Assembly: GCA_010909165.1 (NCBI GenBank)
Contig: MU008220.1
Span: 1-64,000, forward strand
Origin: Anthoceros angustus
Taxonomy: Eukaryota; Plantae; Anthocerotophyta
Direction of reading: 5' to 3'
DNA length: 64,000 nt
Every line of letters begins with the position of its first letter. Position 1 is the first letter of the stretch. This document shows positions 20,988 through 34,384 of this stretch, piece after piece. The notes below the pieces were generated by a model that saw only the letters and a program-made list of their open reading frames with translations, had not been told where the DNA came from and searched no databases. A program made the translations under genes and the position numbers.

Positions 20988-23900
20988 TCATGAAGCCGAC
21001 AGCATTATTGAGGGCTGAGAAACACGACCAATCTCAACAACTGTCGGAGAATCCGACGTGGTCAAAGGCTGCTGCCAGGGTTCACCGTCGATCTGCATGT
21101 AAGCACGCTGGCGTTCACCACCTCGCAACTCCAACCGCAAGGCATGACCCTGGTGACAAACAAAAATGCTTCCCATAAACCACAAGACCTCATGTTGGAG
21201 CCGCAACCTCATGTTGGTCATACTACGAAAATCACCTGGGCAAGTCGCATAGCAGTCAACATATTGATCATTATCAGAGCTGCATGCCACCCATCGCGCA
21301 ACCCTATCACCTCCAACACTCCGTCATCTACTCTAGCTTCGACAAAGCCTCTCTGATGAAAATTCCACCAAACAAACATCAATCTCGGGAGACGGTAGAG
21401 ACATTAGTGCAACGAAGACGAAGAGTACTAGTGCAAACAGTCTCTGTTCTGCAGTCATACCTTTTTTAGAGTGCTGTCACTCGGATTCCCCCAAGGGTGT
21501 CGTCCCCCAGCATAGCTCTGCAGATTTAGAACGACTACTGCCCGGACACTGCACACATCCCATGAGCGGCTTAGGCCAGAACAGGATGCACTGACATTAA
21601 TTGCAATAGCAACAACAACGACACGCAAAGATCAAGAGACAAATTTCCCAAGAAACCGCCATGGAACTGCAGAACAACCTGGACGGTACGGAAACTTCCT
21701 CCCAGGTGTCTGCACTGTTCTTGACAAGAATCCGCGCAACATTCCTCACCCCTCTGCAACACCAGTCTTGTTAGCAATCAGGAGCCAATTTTGATAGTTT
21801 GATCGTCTCACAAGATGGAAATGATTCGAGAGGAGCAACAACAGACATGTTGCCATAATACTAAATACCTCCCCAAATATAACAGCGTAACCCCTGCCGT
21901 TTTAAAAACCAACCTTGCTCGTGGGTGGGCGGAGCAGGCAGTAAAGAACCAGCCTTGGCCACAACCATATCCGGAGTATATAACCTGCAGCCAACTTACA
22001 GCACATCAGACGACGAGTGGGCAAGGGGAAGTGAGTACAAGAAGCTTCCCCAAAACACCAAACGCCACACTCACATGTCAGGCATACATTCAAAGATACT
22101 ACCATTTCATGCACAAATGGAACTTTTAAGAACAGCAGCAGAAAGAATACTCAACAAAGACTACCACTTCGAACGAACATCCACAGCAGGCAAGGAAATA
22201 CTACACCAAAAAAGAGTTACACCAAAAAAGAGTAAGATTACCATAAAACCAAAGCCTCACAAAGAATAAGTACAAAGTGCACATAACTTGATTTGCGACA
22301 CGACCTGAAGCTAGCCAAGGCTTTTCATCTCGCAAGTGATGGAATCCATACGCCACTTGTGCATCCATACCTGGAAAGCACAAGGTCAGGCAGTGGCACA
22401 ACTAGCAAGACGACAAATCCAGAACGACAACATTGACCCACTGAGTTATCAATGAGTGAAACTGATACCACCATGCAGACTTTAGAGCCAGACATGAATC
22501 CAGACAGAGAACCACAGGCAGGCCGATAAAAGGCCTTGCCATATGTTCACGGTGAAGCAGCTCAGACAGAACAAAATCCTTGCACATGCAGCTAGCATCC
22601 TTCATGACCAATACAAATAGGGCCTATGTTCCAGCCTAGCCTGGTGACCATTTCCAAGTCATGGAACTATCCACTGCGGTAGTGAGTGTTGGGGAATGGC
22701 TGCTTATAGCATAAAGGAGACTAGTTGCACACTATGACTGTCGACTTTGGAGGAAAGGTCAACAGCAAAAGCTCGATGCAATGCTGAACCTCACATTCCT
22801 TGGGCATATAACAGGCATAAATCAGGCATACAACATCAGGGAGGGCAGTGCGCAATTAAACAACTAAGAACCCTGCAGCAACCTCAGTGCAACAAACATA
22901 GCTGTGTGACTCCTCCCACATGGAAGCTCATCAGACACAAATTACCTAAATGAAACACCCCCTCGTGTCACATACTTTGTGCTGCAGGAGTCAAGAACCT
23001 CACCAATACTAAAGTAGTTCCAGAAGCAACCTTCAAACGACAGAGAGTCATCAGCAGCTTCAAGATTTGAGTTGCCACTCTACAGCCAATAGCAATGAGT
23101 ATATCAGAAACTAACAGTGACGGAGCACAAGATTACAGCCACTGCTACTTCAAAACCACCAGCAAACCTCAATTGGAATATGCTGCTGAGGATGCATTGC
23201 ATGAGGCAGTTTCAGTCGAGTGCTGCTCTCAGTGGATGCAGCTTTCACCACAACCTGCCAGCTGCAGAGGCGCACTGAATTTGAATGGGGAATCCCGCTT
23301 AGAGAAAGTGCAGATAGTTGATATGAAGTGCCCTTGTGCAAGCCTACTTTCGTGGAGAAAAGGAAACTGCTGTTGAACTCCTATTCTCATATCACGAGGC
23401 CACAACCTGATGATTAAGAGGCAAAGTACAGGGGCACGCTTTACCTGTCCAGATGTGCGATTGAGGCAATCGTGGCCTTGAACAGCCATCGTTTGACAGC
23501 CGATCGCCGAGCTGCTCCAAACACAGCACCCTGCACCGTGCAGGAAATTAGGTCTTGCACGGGAGGTGGAATTCTCTGAAGGATCTCACTTCTCCAATAA
23601 GAATACTGTAAAACTGTACAAGAAGACGGAGCATACCCAACCGAATGTGCGGGAGAGATCATTGCCGGTGCCAAGAGGAATGACCCCCACAGGAGGAACA
23701 GATGCGTCACCTCCAAGATGCAATTCTGCAACACTAGCCAGGACCCAACCAACCGTGCCATCCCCACCAGCCACCTGCACACGACCGCCAGTCTCGTGAG
23801 TGAGGTGGACATGACACTCAATGCTGTTATTCAACATGTGGCTGGATAGACGGGAACGACGATGGGGTTTCGGCCTGGTGCACACAGAATCTGCAAATTC

Positions 23901-24607
23901 ACTTCTGTACAGCACTCAGAAGACTCCATGGAGCACGTGGTCGACCACATACTAGTATACGAAGATGTTCCCGAACATCTTTAGCACACTCGTCACCCTC
24001 GCGCCCAAGCTTCTCCACGCAGCCTAAGCCGTGCCTCAACACATCTGATGGTCTGTGTTTCGACAGGTCAAACACCTGGCACACAGAATAAGCACCACAA
24101 AATCAGGCTAAGAAGGCTTGCTACAGAACAAGAGGGCATCCGGAGCAAGCAAGGGGGACAGACATCCTGCCTACACCTGACCTGAGCCGGGCCGATGTAG
24201 TCAGCCAGCAGCGTCACGAGTTCCGGCCCCAGGCGTCCTCCACTTTTGCCGTTCACGAAGACTAAAATAGGGCACCTGGGGGGCTGCACGTCCGGCGGTC
24301 GAGGAACCGGTGCCAACGACACTCCGGCTGACTCCACCGCTGCTTGCAGGGCCAGAGCAAGGTACTCAGGCATCCTCACCAGCTGCCTCAATTCCTCATC
24401 TTTGATTTTCCAGCTGCGGACCCCAGTCTTGAGCGCGACGAAGGAGGAGCGCCTGGACGGCTGCGGGGGCAACCGTGCTTTGCGGATTGTGCCGGTAGTG
24501 CTGGGCGCATCGGCATCCAAGCCGTGACCCTCCGTCCCCGAGCGGAATACATCGCCGGGAGGTGAAGAGTCGGATGGCGAGGGGAGGGCGGAGCCGGAGG
24601 AAGGCAT
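20988..24607 (-). CDS. DGK: Diacylglycerol kinase, plant cluster II (AtDGK3/4/7-like), multi-exon
   Basis: ATG at 24607. Exons give [113 protein letters not shown] and [12 protein letters not shown]. Stop at 20988. Confidence 0.95.
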
Positions 24608-25177
24608 GTCCACCCACACCCAGCCCACAACAAGCTAACCCGGCGAGCTACCTTCGATTGCGGCAACGTCTTGGAGTTAAGCCCGGCTGTTTAAACTTGT
24701 CCATGGCCTTACAACTGGCGCCAATCCCAACCTGTACTCCCGCAGCCGAAATGCTCTGCCGGCACGTCGCACAGATCGAGGGTCTGGACCTTCAGCTCGG
24801 AATTCGGATGCATACTCCCAGCATAAAAATGTTCTCACGGCGCTAACCTCCAGTCACTTGCGACACGTTTCCGTCCAGAAGTCCTAAATTATCCTCCACC
24901 ATGCCTACCGTGTTTTAACTGGAATTAACCTTGGCGCAAAGTTAAAGTCATTCTATCATTGGTCTCTTAAATAGCATCTACACGATTGTGGTTAGTCAAT
25001 AGCAAACTGGAAAAAACAAAAAATGCTCTCACGGTAGTGCACTAACCTCCAAATTACTTGCAAGGGCTTTGCGTCCTCAAGTCCTAAATCATCCTCCTGT
25101 CTACCTACCCTATTCTTTAACTAATTGGTATAAAGTTAACTTCACTAGACCATTGGTCTCTTGAATTGGATTCAAAC

Positions 25178-25329
25178 GATTTTGGGCTGGTCATGGGCGA
25201 AATCTGCAAAATTTCCCAGTTTTGCAATTGTGGTGTTTGTAGGAAATGCTATAGATTTTGGGCTGGTCATGGGCAAAATCTGCAAAATTTCCCAGTTTTG
25301 CAATTGTGGTGTTTGTAGGAAATGCTATA
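25178..25329. repeat. 76-bp tandem repeat x2
   Basis: GATTTTGGGCTGGTCATGGGC...AGGAAATGCTATA at 25178 and 25254. Confidence 0.9.
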
Positions 25330-25764
25330 TATATCGTATGAAGAGCAAATTTTGTATTCGTAGGATGATGATATTATTGGGAGATGACGCCGCTCAAATA
25401 TGAATCAATACATTAGTCCCTCGTGCATTAAGTCAAGGACGAATTTCATGAATGCTTAACACTACTTGGTGATTGAAGGGGGAAAGAAGACTTTATTATA
25501 AAAAAAGAGATGGGAGGAAACCCATCGACCCCAAAAACAAAAGGGGAAAAACCCAACGAAGGGCATGGTTTTTACATCGGTCCTACTTGGTGATGTAATA
25601 TGACTTCAAAAGAATGCGAGAGAAACATTTTGAATTGTCCACCACAACTTGCCACATAAAAACACAAGCTCACGTCGTGAGTACGGATAAGGTGACTCAA
25701 AGTTACGTTTGGTAGCCAAACGGGAATCCCGTCTGACAGTCTATATAGGAAGTACTAAAAGGAT

Positions 25765-25888
25765 AATCTTGTTTGGCAACTAGAGTAGGATTGGCACGAC
25801 AAGGAGAATCTTGTTTGGCAACTAGAGTAGGATTGGCACGACAAGGAGAACCTTGTTTGGCAACTAGAGTAGGATTGGCACGGCAAGG
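25765..25888. repeat. 42-bp tandem repeat x3
   Basis: AATCTTGTTTGGCAACTAGAGTAGGATTGGCACGACAAGGAG at 25765, 25807 and 25849, with no spacers. Confidence 0.92.
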
Positions 25889-25889
25889 C

Positions 25890-26170
25890 TATTGAGAAAG
25901 TGTCGCACGAGATCTATTGAGTGAGCCCGTTTGCCTTAAATTGGAATAAAAGCCAGCATCTTGTTTGCCCAACTTTGTCCGACTTGCGATATTGGGAATC
26001 TCAAAATTCATGGATTGAGACAAGGACACTTTATGTGAAAAAAGAGACTTTATGTGTAATATGATATCCAAGAGTTCTTCCCAAATCATGGTCGTTGTCC
26101 AATTAAAATAACTTTGGGTCAGGTATAAGACCATCAACTATTACAAGATTTCAACATCTCCTCTTTTCTC
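25890..26170 (-). mobile_element. Possible Copia-type PPT and LTR start remnant
   Basis: On the minus strand, GAGAAAAGAGGAGA (26170-26157) is directly followed by TGTTGAAATC. The left boundary is not defined. Confidence 0.3.
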
Positions 26171-27746
26171 TTGATCAATGTTCGACCAAACCTGAGTTAC
26201 AGGTGTAATGAAACTAGGAAGGATCAATTGAGCACGTCCTTTTCCATATGTACTAGTTTTTAATTAACCGATAATCTATAGCCAAGGACTTTCGCATCAC
26301 ATTATCCTCATCCATCTTCCAAGTCCTTGATTTATGGATAACATGTACTAAAACCTCTACTTATACACATGTATAAACAACATGTACCAAAACCTCGTTC
26401 ACCCACCAAGATCGAAATGGATTGGTCATATAGTTCCTCTACCGCCAAGACGATAAAATATCAACCCATAAACAACAACGGAGAATATTTATGAATCATC
26501 GTTAAGTTGATCCCAAGACAAACAAAAAAACCTTATTATGGCTTAACATGCCATCATGCTTTTGAAAGAAAGGGTAGGGAACACGTAGTGCTGAAGTTGA
26601 TGCGTCACGGATTGTTTTGCAAACCAAGCCATCACAAAGAACGGATGCTCTTAAATAAAAAGCGTATTTCGTATTAGAAGGGGTTAAAGGTGATTGATAT
26701 TTTAACACAATACGTATACCTAGATAATCCTTCTAGGATTGTGGATCTTTTATAAAATTATAAAAAAACTTCTTACTAAAAATGTTATTGAAGTGATATA
26801 AATATAATATTTTTAAATAGGATAGTTATTTATGTACAATAATAACATACATGTACCCAGGTATCATATTGTCAAGATAGAGTTAGCCTAAAAATGTAGA
26901 GGGCATAACGTAGGTAGTAGGTATGTATGAGATTTCGGATTTGCTTTTTGGCTTTTGACCACTTTAAATAGTGTTTGGCTTTGATAACCCACAACTACCT
27001 ACCTAGTTGCGAGGTACTGTCACTCACCCTACTCCGAACCTTACCTCTACATTGGCAGGAGTGCGGGCTTGCAACTCCATCTGTGGGGGTGGGGTTTGGT
27101 GCGGGCAGCAGGGAAGCTAACTCCGACTGCCTGCCGTCGAACCCTACCTAGATTTGTAGGACATGCGTGAGAGAGCAGCATTGAGAAGGCAGAGTTCTTG
27201 TGGGGGTGAATCCGTCCTTCCAGTCCATGTGTTTTGAACTGAGTAGGTCTGCAGTGCGGTGCTCGTAGCACTGCCGGAGGAAATTTCTTCGTGAACAGCT
27301 CCGTAGGCAGAATGTTGGTTTTGCTTCATTTCCTTCAAGTGGCCAGGTTGTTTCTCACGCTTCGCGCCTTGTCTTCTGATCCTCAGGAATACTTGAGACG
27401 CCTTCAAGCTGGAAGCTTGTTTCTATGCCCAGCTATCTCGATGATCCTTGCTTACCTTCCTTATGGTGTGGTTTGGTAAGGGGACACAGATTACCTCACT
27501 TTCTGCATGCGTAACAGGGCGAGGAGCGCCGCCTTGGGGGGGGGGTCAACGTGCCATCCTTGTGGCTTCTACAGATGCGACAATGGATGCCGTAGTAGGA
27601 GGCGAGCAGACCGCGGGGCTTTCGTAATTCTTTGAGGCCAATGAGACGGTGAAAAGGTCAGGTCAAAGTGCTGCTTGGACCAGGTCGTGCACGTACTCGA
27701 GGCTGGAGTGAAAGGAGGAACCCAGGACGGTCAAAGGTAGCTAGGG

Positions 27747-30121
27747 ATGATCAATAAACTCCATAGGCGCCTGCGCCCAGGCAAGCATAATTCCAAGGCG
27801 GATAATAATGACTCTGGATCTGGTGGGGGTGCAATGGGAGGAATTCCTTCGTCGTCATCCCCATCGCCGGCAGTGATAGGGCCCCAGACATCAGGAGGGG
27901 GTACTAATCCTCGTGGAGGTGGAACCCCCACAGCTCCTGTTCCGAGACAAGGATCCCAGGTTCCCCCTGTGCGCACTACTGCAGCTGCTTCGGCAAACAC
28001 AGGTACCCGTCTGGGGGTAAAGGACCCTAAGGCAGCTGGCAACCTGGCTGTCAATGGCGCCTTTTTCGAGCCTCTTCCTCTCTTCAGAGATGTTCCCAGC
28101 TCCGACAGACAGGGCCTGTTTATTAAGAAACTCAATCAGTGCTGTTATACGTTCGACTTCACGGACCCCACCAAAAATGTGAAGGAGAAAGAAATCAAGC
28201 GTCAGACTTTGTTGGAGTTGGTGGATTATGTGCAATCTGGGACGGGCAAGTTTACAGAAGCTGTGTTTGAGGACATCACAAAGATGCTAGTGACAAACCT
28301 CTTCCGCACGCTGCCACCATCATCTCATGAAAACTCTGGGTCGGACAACTTTGATCCTGAAGAAGAGGAGCCCACCATGGATCCTGCATGGCCACACCTG
28401 CAAGTTGTGTATGAGTTTCTATTGCGATATGTCGTTTCAACTGAGACAGATGCAAAACTTGTCAAGAGATATATTGATCATTCATTCGTCCTCAGACTGC
28501 TGGATCTGTTTGATTCTGAGGACCCTCGGGAGAGAGAGTACCTGAAAACCATCCTGCACCGTATCTATGGGAAGTTCATGGTGCACCGACCTTTCATTCG
28601 GAAGGCCATCACCAATATTTTTTACCGTTTCATATTTGAAACAGAGAAGCACAATGGGATCGGAGAGTTACTGGAAATATTGGGTAGCATCATCAACGGG
28701 TTTGCTCTACCTTTGAAGGAGGAGCACAAACTGTTCTTGGTGCGGGCTCTCATCCCCTTGCATAAGCCCAAATGTGTGTCCATCTATCACCAACAGTTGT
28801 CCTACTGCATAACACAGTTTGTGGAGAAAGACTTCAAGCTTGCAGACACGGTTGTAAGGGGTCTCCTGAAATATTGGCCTGTTACGAATAGTCAAAAGGA
28901 GGTGCTCTTCCTTGGGGAGCTGGAGGAGGTCTTGGAGGCTACTCAGGTGGCTGAATTCCAGCGCTGCATGGTTCCTTTGTTTCGTCAGATTGGCCGCTGC
29001 CTCAACAGTTCCCACTTTCAGGTTATGAATCAGACATCAGCTCTGCTGTCATGCCTTGCACGCTGAGCACTCATGGGGCTGCCTGTCCTGTTCATGTCAC
29101 CTTTCCTGGTCGATTCCTGGCGAGAGTCATGCTCACTGCAGGTTTTATTTTAGGATATGGGCGGATGGATTAAAGTGGATTGTGTTCATTTGTTTCTGAA
29201 GTGGGCAGTTTTATGCATCATGTCAACTTATCATTTCAAGAGTTGCTGATGTTGTCTTGATTGATAACATTTCAGGTGAAAGTGAGTTAATTTCTAACAT
29301 GCGTGGGGAGACTTAGAGTTTGCTTGCATGCCTCATGTCAAGTGATAATGATCTATCCTAGCCTCCTGAAGGGGTGCTGACCTCCTGTGTCCAATGTGGC
29401 TGCGTCAGGGCTGGTGTTGTTGCAAAGATCACTGCTAAATGCCTGTGGTTTGGCATGGCTTCTTGGGTATATTTGCTGGAGTTTGATGTCTCATCTTTGA
29501 TTAAAACTGCTTCAGAATGATGGATCCCCTTGTTCATGACAAATGCCCCAGTTTTCCAATGTTGAGTGAGTATTTGTCCAAGTATTTAGTGAGTTTCTTT
29601 GCATGGCTTTGACATTTTAAGCTTTGCAGTTTTTTTGAGGAGGTCTGAAGGTAACGAGAGGTCTGTCTCCCATATGCAGCTAAACTGGTTTTGTTCCTCA
29701 CTGGGATGCTCAAAGGCCTTCTTTAATGTGGCAGGTGGCGGAGCGTGCGCTGTTTTTGTGGAATAATGATCACATTGTTAGTCTGGTTGCTCAGAATCGG
29801 ATGGTCGTTTTACCTCTAATTTTTAATGCACTTGAGAAGAATACAAGAAGTCATTGGAATCAAGCTGTGCACGGGCTGACCTTGAATGTAAGAAAGATGT
29901 TCCTGGAGATGGATCAGGATCTTTTTCAGGAATGTCAGCAAAAATTTCAGGAGGATGAAGAAAAGGCAAAGGGACTCGAGGAGAAACGAGAGATAACTTG
30001 GAAGCGCTTAGAAGTGGTGGCTGCGTCAAGGGCAGTGGGTGCAGATGCACTGTCAACAACTCAGGGACTGAATAGTAATATGGGGATGGCTTACGGCCAG
30101 AGGGCAGTTGTAGGGGGCTAG
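27747..30121 (+). CDS. PP2A-B': Protein phosphatase 2A B' (B56) regulatory subunit, 2 exons (27747-29021, 29735-30121), about 553 aa
   Basis: [80 protein letters not shown] and SSHFQ|VAERAL across a GT-AG intron. Confidence 0.97.
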
Positions 30122-31003
30122 ATGATTTGTGTCGTCCAAGATTGAAGTCAGTATTGCTTTTCGGAGCTAAAATTGCTTAGAGTCCTTCCTTATGTGTCTA
30201 GTTTGTGAGATCTCTGTTGGCCTAGCTGAAAGCTGGGTGGAAGGTGATCTGGATAGCTCCCAGTAATCGGTGTTGAGCTGATGCAGGTTCAATGGTGAAC
30301 AGGAATTTGCAGAGGTATAAGATATTTTGCCATTCTGAGAGGTGAAATGGGCTTGTAGCAAGCCTGTGACATTCTGTTGTTTATTACTGTCATGGAGGAC
30401 TTCGTTTTGGAAGTTTTCTGGAGGTTGTGTCTTGTGGCGCCTGGATTAATGAGGGGATGGAGTAGGGAGGTCTTGTCTGACTGAGGTATGTGGGCAGGCA
30501 GTGCAGGTGATGTTGTGTTGGTGGAGCGATGGCATTAGTCTTGGGACAGTTGTGGGTGTCGATTGGGGTTGTTTTAATTCTGGGTGTAGCCCAGTTTGCC
30601 ATCGACACGCGGTTGCATGCGGAATGGCAAGAGACATCGTGGTCTGCGTTGATGTTGTGTTCATCTTGAGTCCAGTCTTGCGGGCACCCAAAAACATGTT
30701 TTGCGGAGGAGGATGTCTCCATCGAATCAATAAAGTCGAACTCGCGCCAAGTGGACGCAATCGTATAGAGAGTCGGACGTATGTTCAACTGTAAGGTCTC
30801 AAATAGGGGTGTGGCCACCTGTCTTCAACTCGTAAGTTGTAAATATTAAAAGGCTTTTATGTACTTCAAAGATTATACAGTTCACTTGCTTTGTAAATGT
30901 GGAATTCACATGAATATATTAGACTATTTGCTCTTTATGGTCGTTAATTTAGGTATTGATTATACCATTGGGCTATGGTGTACTCCTATTTTCCTCTCTC
31001 CTT

Positions 31004-32150
31004 TAGCGGACCTAGAGCTTGATTTTGCACCTTGATGGGCGGCGGCCAAGTTGCGCTGCCTGTTGAGCTCCATCTGGCTTCATAAGCAGCCTGGGATGCA
31101 TAATTGTGTAGGCATGCACGTTGTGTTTCGCAGAAAGTATCTCAATGCTATTCATAGAGATCACTATTGGTGCTGCCATTATTGATTCTCATATGTGGTA
31201 TGGATAGGTGCTCCAGTGTCGCACTCACTAGTGCAAAATCAGCTTTGCATGGCACAGAAGAAGCAGCACAGAAGATGCTTCGGAGACTCTGTTGGGACTA
31301 GTAATCCTAATATGTGCTCAGGGATTGAGCACTACAAGTTCAAAGTTACAACTTGTCGATTATTATAGTATAAATTGATGAGGTAATCCTCTTACCAAAC
31401 GCTCCACCTCAACCTATGTCTATACTCTATGTGGGGAGTGTAGGCTAGTGCTTTAAACTTCAGCCAATCATTGCGCTATGTTCGACAAAACTTGGATATC
31501 TCTGTGTAACTCATGCTGCAAATTAATGATTTATTGTACATATGGTATTTTAGCTGCAGGCAGAATTGAGGCATTAGTGATGGTAGTACAATAATCTTTT
31601 GTAACAATTAGAATAGCATTAAATTGGCCCGTAATCCAATTGAACACATATGAACGTTTTTATTATCATTCAACGCGTAGATGTCAAGTCTAGCAAAAAC
31701 GATGTTGATGTTCTTAATCTTCTCAATGGCTTGCAAGGGTTGTCTTTGCATGCTCTCTAAGAGGAGCCTCTCATATTCATACCACTGGTTTTCTTCTATT
31801 GTTTGTCAAGTTGCTGCTCCAAGATATACGGCAAAACTTGAAGTTTTGCTACTCGAAGGTATACTTCGAAGTTCCCTAATAGTCTTTCTAGTGGTCTAGG
31901 GAGGCCAACTTAAAGTGTTGCTGGCACTCAAAGGTATACTTTCAGCTATTAGCAAACTTTGGAATGCCATTGCATATTTTCAAGTTGTTTGTTTGTAGCA
32001 ATGCTAGGAAACAAGAGCCTGCGACCACTTCTCTTCTTATCCTCGGATCGCTTGCACCAGTTGGCCTCACCTTCTGCTTCGCCCCCCTCGGATGCTGCTT
32101 GTATGTCTCTGAAATGGGCATTGCTGTCGATTACGAGGATTGCTAGTCCA
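31004..32150 (+). pseudogene. Exon-like fragments of an unidentified decayed gene
   Basis: Several splice-site-flanked segments translate to protein-like text with in-frame stops (MGGGQVALPVELHLAS*AAWDA*, SAKSALHGTEEAAQKMLRRLCWD*, VAAPRYTAKLEVLLLEG, GLTFCFAPLGCCLYVSEMGIAVDYEDC*). Identity not recognised. Confidence 0.3.
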
Positions 32151-32342
32151 AGGTTTGTTTGTTGTGCATCTCTGCGATAGTAATTGGTACTAATATTGTA
32201 CTTAGTGATTGTTGGGGATGGAGGTTCTGCCTGCTCCATGACTCTCCATGTGCTTGTTAAAATACGCACAGTTAGTACTCCAAAACGTGAGTACAAAGTG
32301 CACACAACTCTCCATGTGCTTTCTTAGGCTTTATTGTTTCTG

Positions 32343-33150
32343 CTAATGGCATTAGAACGGATCCTGATAAGGTGAGGGCCATTCAAGATTGGCAACCTCC
32401 TAGGAACATTCATGAGGTTCGCAGTTTTATGGGTTTGGATTCTATGTACAGGAGATTTGTACGTATGTTTGCTAAGATAGCAGCCCCCATAACTGACCTC
32501 TTAAAGATGACGCAAGCTTGGAAGTGGGATGCTAAATGTCATGCAGCATTTGAATACTTGAAGATGAAATTGAGTACTACTCCAGTATGAGAAATGTATG
32601 ATCCCAACAAGGATGTGGAAGTATACAGCAATGCTTCAGACGTGGCCATAGGTGGAGAGTTGATGCAAGACCATAAGCCGATAGCTTTTGAGTCAAGAAA
32701 ATTGCATCCTTATGAGTTGAAGTATCCCACCTATGAGAAGGAAATGGCTGTCGTCATTCATTGTCTGAAGGTATGGAGACATTAACTCTTGGGAAGATCT
32801 TTTGTGCTTTATATTGATAATATCAGCACAACATGCTTCTCTAATCAGTTGAAGTTGAATGCAAGACAAGCTAGATGGCAAGATTTCCTAGCTATGTATG
32901 ATGTGACTCTCAAGTATAAACCTGGAAAAGAAAATAAGATTTCAGATTCGCTGAGTCGCAAGAAGAGTTAGGAGGTAAAGGCAATGGCAAGGTTGGTTGA
33001 ACCTATGGACACACACAAACAGATCAAGGAAGCATATCTGCAGGATCCAGATGTTCAGGACTGGATTAATGGAATAGAGCAGAAAGGAAGCAAATTCAAG
33101 CCGAAAGATGGTTTGTTGATATACAAACAGAAAAGGATTGTGATTCCAAT
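32343..33150 (+). mobile_element. Ty3/gypsy pol: RT thumb/connection and RNase H (5' part of a split element)
   Basis: [64 protein letters not shown] and YKPGKENKISDSLSR, with in-frame stops. Confidence 0.95.
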
Positions 33151-34248
33151 TTCTTCAGCGACTGATGCCCTTCTCCCATGGCCCAAGGACAAAAAAACAT
33201 TTAGGGTTCCTTGGCCTTCGGCGTTGAAAACGGCGAGTCCGAGATTGTTTCCCTGCTCCCATGGCTCAAGGACAAAAAAACATTCAATAAAGTATAAATA
33301 CAAGCAAATGGAATTCAAATGGCAGGAAAGTGGTGGAGGTAGAGATGGTACCGGGCGAACTCACCCGCCCACCACGCCCCCGCCAAAACCCAAAAACTCA
33401 AACAAATGCTGAAGGGGTCTACTCAGTTGATGTCAATACCACGTTGCTAGAGAGAACAGGCCAACTTACAATTGCGGGTAACAGCGAGTGCACTTGGCAG
33501 CACAAAAGGCAGGACGAGGGATTGAAGCCTCATCAGCCCTCTTTTGGAGACTTCGGGATTTAGGGTAAGGATGCAAGTTTTATAGCAGATGCGCGTTGTG
33601 AGCCATTTCAAGCTTCAAGTATGGGCATGCCGTTCTTTCCATTGCTCTTGTTAATCACAACCAACCATGGGTCCAGATGGGGCATGAGGCATGGTATGCG
33701 GACAAGGTTTCCGATGAGGATGCCATGGACGAGGAGCGTTCGTGTTTCGAGGGGAAAGACGTTGAGTCAGATTCAGACATCGACGAAGAAGGGCGCCGCA
33801 AAGTGAGGCAGTCAAGCCAGACCTATGCCCTGGGGCGTTATGGACAATGTCTGACTTCACGCATAGATGGGTTTGGCGCGTCGGAATCACAAGCAACACA
33901 ACTGGTTTCGGAGAAAGCGACAATACTGGTTACCCTCGCCGGAAACCACGATGCCTTGGTGGATCATGATGGGGAGCTGGACTACCGAACTTTGAGAACG
34001 AAGCACATGGCACAGAATGCCATGTACCAGACAGTCTGAAAAAACCAATTGTGTGGGCGAATTTCGTGCGCCATGTGAAGACTGCGAAAAACGAGAACCC
34101 TGCTGTTGAAGAAGCATCTGCAGCGCCTGCCCATTCTAATAGGTTGAATGCTGAATTTCCGGACCGCCATGACATTAGAGACTGTGTTGCCACGGATGCA
34201 GGTGGCTTCATTGGGGGTGCAGAGTTTCAGCATCTTCCTCATGACCAA

Positions 34249-34384
34249 GATGTGGAGGAAGATGCGGACACCCTTCCACCTAAATGCCGCAATGTGGAGG
34301 AAAATGTGGACACCCTTCCAGCTGAATGTCGTGATGTGGAGGACGATGCAGACACCATTCCACCTGAATGCCGCGATGTGGAGG
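34249..34384 (+). repeat. 42-bp coding repeat (14 aa x ~3.2) in the CACTA ORF
   Basis: DVEEDADTLPPKCR / NVEENVDTLPAECR / DVEDDADTIPPECR / DVE. Confidence 0.9.

Noticed and set aside
25765-25888. 42-bp repeats as a CRISPR array
   Set aside because: Head-to-tail with no spacers, no cas genes, and a eukaryotic context.
31226-31238. CACTAGTGCAAAA as the left TIR of the CACTA element
   Set aside because: Poor match to CACTACTAGGAAA, 3-bp flanks do not match (ACT versus TAT), and gypsy pol lies in between.
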